Assembly: GCA_012295275.1 (NCBI GenBank) | Contig: CM022673.1 | Coordinates: 15,128,001 to 15,192,000 of the forward strand | DNA length: 64,000 nt | Source: Chrysomallon squamiferum | Lineage: Eukaryota > Animalia > Mollusca | Direction of reading: 5' to 3' | Part shown: positions 57,225 to 64,000 of the stretch, one piece after another | Layout: each line of letters starts with the position of its first letter | Position numbering within the stretch: position 1 is the first letter of the stretch | Notes under the pieces: generated by a model | What the model saw: the letters and a program-made list of their open reading frames with translations, nothing else | Told to the model about the DNA's origin: nothing | Database searches by the model: none | Made by a program: the position numbers and the translations under genes

Positions 57225-60200
57225 CAACCATTCTTCTCACAACACACGCTTGATCGTCGTCACGGTCGGTCCCGACATGGTGTAAGCCCGGAAGATAAGC
57301 TGTGAAGATTACTCACGGACGGATTTACTTTCAGAAACGAAAAAGATACTGTACCTTTTTCTTTCTTTATTTAGATTTAAATTCTTATTTATATTATTTG
57401 TAGGCTTTTGTATTATTGTTACTTTTATTACTTTTCTTTTTTCTTCTCTACTGTTTGTTACCGGAAAGTAAAAGAGAAAAAAGTATCTCAAATAACCGAT
57501 ATATCTTTTATCTTTATCTCGATCTGAAAGTGAGTTGCGTTGAGCTTTAGTCTTTTTTGAATTAATATAGAATTGTCTATATATTTAAAAAAAAAAAAAA
57601 AAAAAATAATAATAATAAGCAATTCAAATATATTATTGAAACCCGATATATTTTTTATAAAAACACACAAAAACAACAACAACCCATACCTACATGCAAA
57701 CATGGCAACAAAAAACATCAACATTTACAGCTCGGGAATCGATACCTCGGAGATGGAAACTAGGGTTCCAAAACGACCCAGGGACATGAGCCCTAGCTCC
57801 GTCGAGAAAACAAAAAACAGGAAACAAAAGAAAATAATCGATATCACAGTCCAACACACACATTCCGAAACTGAAATAACTGAAGAACAAAAAATTATTA
57901 ATAGAAATCTCAACATTTTGGCAAGGCTAAGGGAATCGGACAGCGAAGACGAAAGCGAACCAAACGCGTGGAAAATAATTAAAAGAAAAAAAACAAAACA
58001 CACCCACAGCCGAACCACCATCGCAGTTCACAAAAGAAATTACACAAACATTGATAAACAGTTGCGCTATTTAATAGAAGCGCAAATACATATTATGGAC
58101 AAAACGACAAAAGTCAACAAAAGTAATAACGGAAAAGAAATCTACTTCGAAGTAGATACAAAAACACTTAAAACAATTGGTCCCAACATCACAATCTGGG
58201 ACGAAACATTTGTTGTCACGGTTTTAGCCAAACTAATCCCCGATACAAAACAACCACAGAAAACACCCACACCACAACCCAGAAAAACACTACTCGCAAC
58301 ACCGCAGCCAAAACAAACTCCTATTACCAAACAACAACAACAACAACCCAAACACACAACAAAACCAAAAGAAACAACATACAAATATATCTCTAAAGAT
58401 TTGAGGTTTTATTACCCACACGCAAACAAGCTAGATTTCTTTGAAATATTTAACAAAGAACTAGTAAAACAAACAAACTCAACTCTAGTCGGTGTGGAAA
58501 TGTGGAGAAAGCCAAACTACTGGACCACACTGACATTTAACACAAAATTAATAAACACAACCATCACCATTGATGGCTACAAATACACACTGGCAGAAAT
58601 GAGGCCGCAGTTGCCCAAGTGCGGCCACTGTCACAAACCATTGCTCCCACAGAAACAACCCGAAACACTTAACATGCAGTTTCTGTGGTGGAAATCACCA
58701 CAGAAACTCAGGCCAATGCCGGTCTCTGGCAAAATGCGCAAATTGCCAGGGACCACACGAATCGCACTACAAGATGTGCCCAGCAAAGATGCAAGCAACC
58801 AACAATTTCGAACACAATAGGAGAGACAACAAAATTTTACAAAACGTGAACAAAAAATGCCAGAAGATAGAAGAAAAAACGAAAACCATTATAGAAACAA
58901 AAATAAATCAACACAACGAGAAACCAAAAGACAATCTCGACAGGGAGGTCAGGATAGCAGAAATGCACAAAATCATTGTCTGCCTCCTGATTGAGCTTCA
59001 GAACATCAGGACCAATAAAGGAAACACAAATGATGAAGCCAATCTGGAGCAGACAGTAGCCCAGATAATTGAAGACAGCTTGGGCTTCAACATCGACACA
59101 CATGACAAAAGACTAAAATTACATACAGACAGGAGAAATCCTACAAACACAAAACAGTGAACAAAAACAAAACAAAACAAAACAGTAACCACCATTTACA
59201 AACTGTTCACGACAAGCACGCCAAGAACACAGGTCTCTCCGTCCTTCAATGGAACGCCAAAGGCCTTCACTCAACAGGCCACGGAGACGAACTACTACAC
59301 TTCCTGGCCTCCACTACAAACACACCGGACATAATATGCATTCAAGAAACATGGCTGGGACATTACAACAAAAACAACAAAACAACAAAAAACCTTTACG
59401 GTCCCCGGGTACCAAAGTCACTACGTCAACAGATACAACAGCACCCGGGGAGGTATCATGACTCTCGTCAAACAAGACATTCCACACACCAAGCTGAACC
59501 AAGCCAAAGTTCACGCCAACATAGAAATACTAAGCATCACAATACACAACAACAATCAAAACATCGACATCATTAACATATACAGCCCACCCACTCCCGC
59601 ACTACACACCATTCAAACCCAGGATTTAAACAAAATGATCACAACAAACAACAAGGTCATTATAGTGGGCGATTTCAACTGTCACAACACCCTATGGGGT
59701 GGCTCGACAGACGACAGCCCTGGAATCGTCCTCGAAGATTTCCTGGAACAAAACCAGCTGGTCTGTTTGAACGACGGAACATTCACATACACTAGCGACA
59801 TCAATGGGGGCCAAACCGCCATTGATGTAACTTTCACAAGCAAGGACATCGCAGCACTCTCCGAATGGCAAGTGCTCGATGAGCTAAACAGCGACCACCA
59901 CCCGATACTCACCAACTACAACAGCAAGAACACCTTCTCGGACAGATCCATCTTCACACCGAAATGGAACTTCAACAAAGCAGACTGGGAAGGCTTCTAC
60001 AAAGCATGCAGAAACATCAACACGCAGAACCCCAACGACATCGACGCCTACTGCGCATCACTCACCAACACGATACACTCCATTGCAATCAAATACATAC
60101 CGAAAACCAGAAAATGCACCGGCAAAATATCCAATCCCTGGTGGACGGAACGCATAGAAAACAAATGCAAGGAGAGAAACAAATACAGAAGACAATACAA

Positions 60201-63200
60201 AAAAGACAGAAATCATTCTACGCACGAAAAATATAAAATATCAAAAAAAGAAGTTTCCAACCTAATACTCACAGCGAAACAAGAACACTGGGAACTTTTT
60301 TGCAACAACATCGACCACAAAACATCAGTCAAAGACATGTGGGCCAAAGTAAAAAACATTCAAGGAAAAAAACCCCACAGAATTAACACTCTCGGCAAAA
60401 GCAACATCGCATTCACTGACAAGCAAAAAGCGGACCTACTCAGCCAAACCTTCGCCAAGTCCAGCAGCAATTCGAACTTCCCACTGAAGTTCGCAAAGAA
60501 ACAACTGGACAACCAAGCAATCGGCGAACACTCCGCAGACACAGAAAACAGAAAATACAATCAACTATTCAACATCAGTGAATTAAAACATGCACTCAAA
60601 AACAAGAAAAGTACAGCCACGGGGCCAGACAAAATAAGCTACACATTATTACAACATCTACCAGACGAAACCCTACTGGTTATACTCGAACTTTACAACA
60701 CAATATGGACCACCGGCAAGATTCCAACAAATTGGAAACAGCCGAATGTTTCAGCTTGCCCAAACCACACAAAGATCACTCATTACCCAACAGCTACAGG
60801 CCGATCACGCTGACGTCACATATGTGTAAAACTTTCGAAACAATGATCAACACACGCCTAAACCAGCATTTAAACGACAACAATTTAATCAGCAAATTTC
60901 AAAGCGGCTTCAGGAAGAAACACAGCACTAACGACCAGATCACACGCCTACATACATCAATTAATCAATCTTTTCGAAAATCAAAAAAAGTCATAGCAGT
61001 TTTTTTAGACATTGAAAAAGCATTCGACATGGTATGGAGGGAAGGACTATTAGTTAAATTAATAAATAACAACATTAAAGGCAACATGTTCAACTTCATC
61101 AAAGACTTTATCAACAACAGATCCATAGCAGTCAAAATAAACGGTCACACCTCAGAGAAAACGAAAATCGAAAACGGCATCCCCCAAGGATCCGTGATCT
61201 CGCCCACACTCTTCAACATCTACATCAACGACATAGTGACAGCACTCGACCAACAAGACAACGTCAGAAATCCACCAAAGGAACCGATAAATACAGCACT
61301 CTTTGCAGACGACTGCGCCTTTTGGCGGGCAGGCAGATCGACCGCAGCCATACAGAAACAAATACAAAAAGACTTAAACAACAAACGATTGGCCGTTGAA
61401 ATGGGGCATAAAGATTTCTCTTTCGAAAACGACGTGCCTCCTTTTCAACAAGAAATCAGACAACAGCAAGATCACACTCAACATCGACAACTTCATAGCA
61501 CAAACAAAGACATTCAAATTTCTAGGTGTGACATTCGACAGTCAACTCAACTTCCGATGCCACATACACAACATAATTGCCTCCTGCAAAAAAACAATCA
61601 ATCTTCTAAAGTTAATTTCTGGAACCAGTTGGGGAGCAAACGAGTCAACGCTGATTTTGATACACAAAGCGTGTATTCTCTCCAAGCTCGACTACGGAGC
61701 CACGGCTTACTCGAATGCTCCCAAACTTTATTTTAAAAAACTAGATATAATTCAATCAAGTGCCCTCAGGGTGATCGGCCACCTGCCAAACAACACCATC
61801 CGACAGCCTCCTGTCGGAATACAGCATCCAACCATTAAAATACAGAAGAAAACTGCAGCTACTAAAATACAACCTGAAAATACACACACTCAACACAGAC
61901 CACCCGGTCAAGGATCTGGTCCCCGACCAACAAAGGATAGGACAACTCTTCAAATCGCATAGTCTACTACTATCGAATTTCCCGACAACAGCTAGCGAAA
62001 TGGAAAGGGAAACAGAATAGGTGAAATACCACAAAGAAAGAAAACCGACAATCAACACACGTTTCCTGATCAAAAGAGAAACATTGGAAACAATGGCCTG
62101 AACCAGCATTTAAACGACAACAATTTAATCAGCAAATTTAAAAGCGGCTTCAGGAAGAAACACAGCACAAACAACCAGATCACACGCCTGCATACATCAA
62201 TTAATCAATCTTTTCGAAAATCAAAAACAGTCATAGCAGTTTTTTTAGACATTGAAAAACATTCGACGTGGTATGAAATGCCTCCTTTCTACTAAAATAG
62301 AGAAGAAAGCTGCAGCTACTGAAATACAGCCTGAAAACACACTCTCAAAACAGACAACCCCGTCAAGGATCTGGTGCCCGAGCTACAAAGAATAGGGCAA
62401 CTCTCTAAATCGCATAGTTTACTACTATCGAATTTCCCGACAACTGCCAGCGAAATCGAAAGGCAAACAGGAATAGGGAAATGCCACTGCCGGCATACCA
62501 CAAAGAAACAAAACCAACAATAAACACACTTTTCCTGATCAAGACAAAAACAGACAAAACAGACTTTCCACCCTTCAAAAAGGCCATATTTCTAGCAGCA
62601 GCAAACGACCACTACAAAAAACACATCTACACCGACGGATCCAAAATCCCAGACAACGGGAAAGTAGGATTCGCCTTGATAGCCCTAGATCACAGAAACA
62701 AACCCACATGCATACAATTCGGCCGCATCAGAAATCACCTTTCGGTATACACGGCTGAACTGGTTGCCATCATCAGAGCAATGCTGTGGGTGAAACACAA
62801 CAACAAGCACACAGTGATCTTCTCAGCCAGCCTAAGTTCCGTCATCTCAATACAATCCGGACGTTCCAGTAGATCAGATCTACTTAGTAAAATACAACAA
62901 CTACACGAGGACATACAACACAACAAGAAAGAACTAACCATCAAGTGGCTCCCAGCACATCGGCATCATCGGCAACGAACTTGCCGACCACTACGCCAAA
63001 GAATCACTCAGCATTAAAGAGGAAGACATTTGCACAGACATACACTACGGAGTAAACGAAATTCTGCCCATCGCAGGCAAACATTACGACAAACAATGGG
63101 AAAAGAAATGGTACTCCAACATCATACCGCTCAGCAAATACCGAAAATCATAATCGCCAACAAACTACACAACAATCTCACCTAAGTCAGAATTGGTTAC

Positions 63201-64000
63201 TTGACCAGTTTAAATGCAATCCGATACATCACCCAACTGCAGCTGTGGACTCTCCGAAACCATGAAACACTACTTGTTTCACTGTCAAAATTTCGCCAAT
63301 GAAAGACAAGCACTACGCAACACATTGGAGGAACTAAAAATCGAGTTCAAGCTCCAAAACATCCTTGCACCAAACACGAAAGACAGATTTAGTCCTCGCT
63401 GCAACGCAAAACACAAACCTTAGACTCCGAGTTGAAAGTTTGAATTTCTTTTTTTTCTTTTTTCTTTGTTTGTTTGTGACACAAAAACAACTGAATGAAG
63501 TTATAGACTTAAATTGATTGGTTGAACAGCTGATTGATCAATGGATGGATCGGCTGATTGACGGATCAATTTGAATAGCCAATTAAATTAATAATTTAAA
63601 ACAATATATATACTTACTTTCAAACCATACTAACCCAGTTATCGGATTTTAAAAAATGTCCATAATAAATGTAAATAAGTGAACTTACGTTCATGTTCTT
63701 ATTGTTAGTTGCAGGTGTTTATTACATCTTTTAATTAATAAAAAGACATTTGGTAAAAAGGAAAAAGTTTCAAATTGTTGGACCAGAAGGAAACAGGCAG
63801 AAAGAACAAGGAAACATCAACAGCAGCCGAGAACAGAACAAACAAACAGGACCCAACCAACACGGACCCGGTGACGAATACGAGACCTTCAACGAGCTAG
63901 ACAAGTGCCGGAAACAACAACGAGCGGAACACAACGAAATATCGCAACCGATTCGTTACGATCCGATATGCTGGACACTCACTTGTGTCCTGCAATCGTA
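57225..64000 (+). mobile_element. LINE-B near full-length copy (degenerate; 3' UTR runs off the window)
   Basis: 5' UTR from CAACCATTC at 57225, ORF1 57702-59160, ORF2 59157-63423, 3' UTR homologous to 10490-11106. Confidence 0.93.
59157..63423 (+). pseudogene. LINE-B ORF2: APE, RT, RNase H, CCHC (frameshifted, with an internal duplication)
   Basis: GDFN and SDH; YRPITLTS, QSGFR, DIEKAFD, GIPQGSVISP, LFADD; YTDGSK, AELVAI; CSCGLSETMKHYLFHC. Confidence 0.93.

Overview
Eukaryotic, AT-rich and microsatellite-rich DNA. The histone sequences and repeat content suggest an invertebrate, probably a mollusc or cephalopod (inference). (1) 2.8-5.7 kb: a four-exon minus-strand TMIE-like gene. (2) 11.3-28.0 kb: about 3.4 tandem copies of a ~4.9-kb replication-dependent core histone unit, H2A(+) H4(-) H3(+) H2B(-), with no H1. 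Every gene has the 3' stem-loop. (3) Both edges of the cluster, and everything from 28 kb to the end, are occupied by two distinct I-group non-LTR retrotransposon families with a 3x CCHC ORF1 and an APE-RT-RNase H-CCHC ORF2. 'LINE-A' is a minus-strand head-to-tail array at 28.0-42.2 kb. 'LINE-B' is on the plus strand at 9.0-11.25 kb and as a ~3.6-kb tandem array from 42.2 kb to the end. Main finding: each family appears tied to the transcription start of one histone gene and is co-oriented with it. LINE-B ends exactly at AATTTTCGAAC, between the H2A TATA box and the predicted H2A start site, and the same 11-mer separates consecutive LINE-B copies. LINE-A copies are separated by stacks of short tags identical to the H4 start/leader sequence. 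This suggests a pair of histone-promoter-targeting LINEs that use the histone promoters for their own expression (inference).
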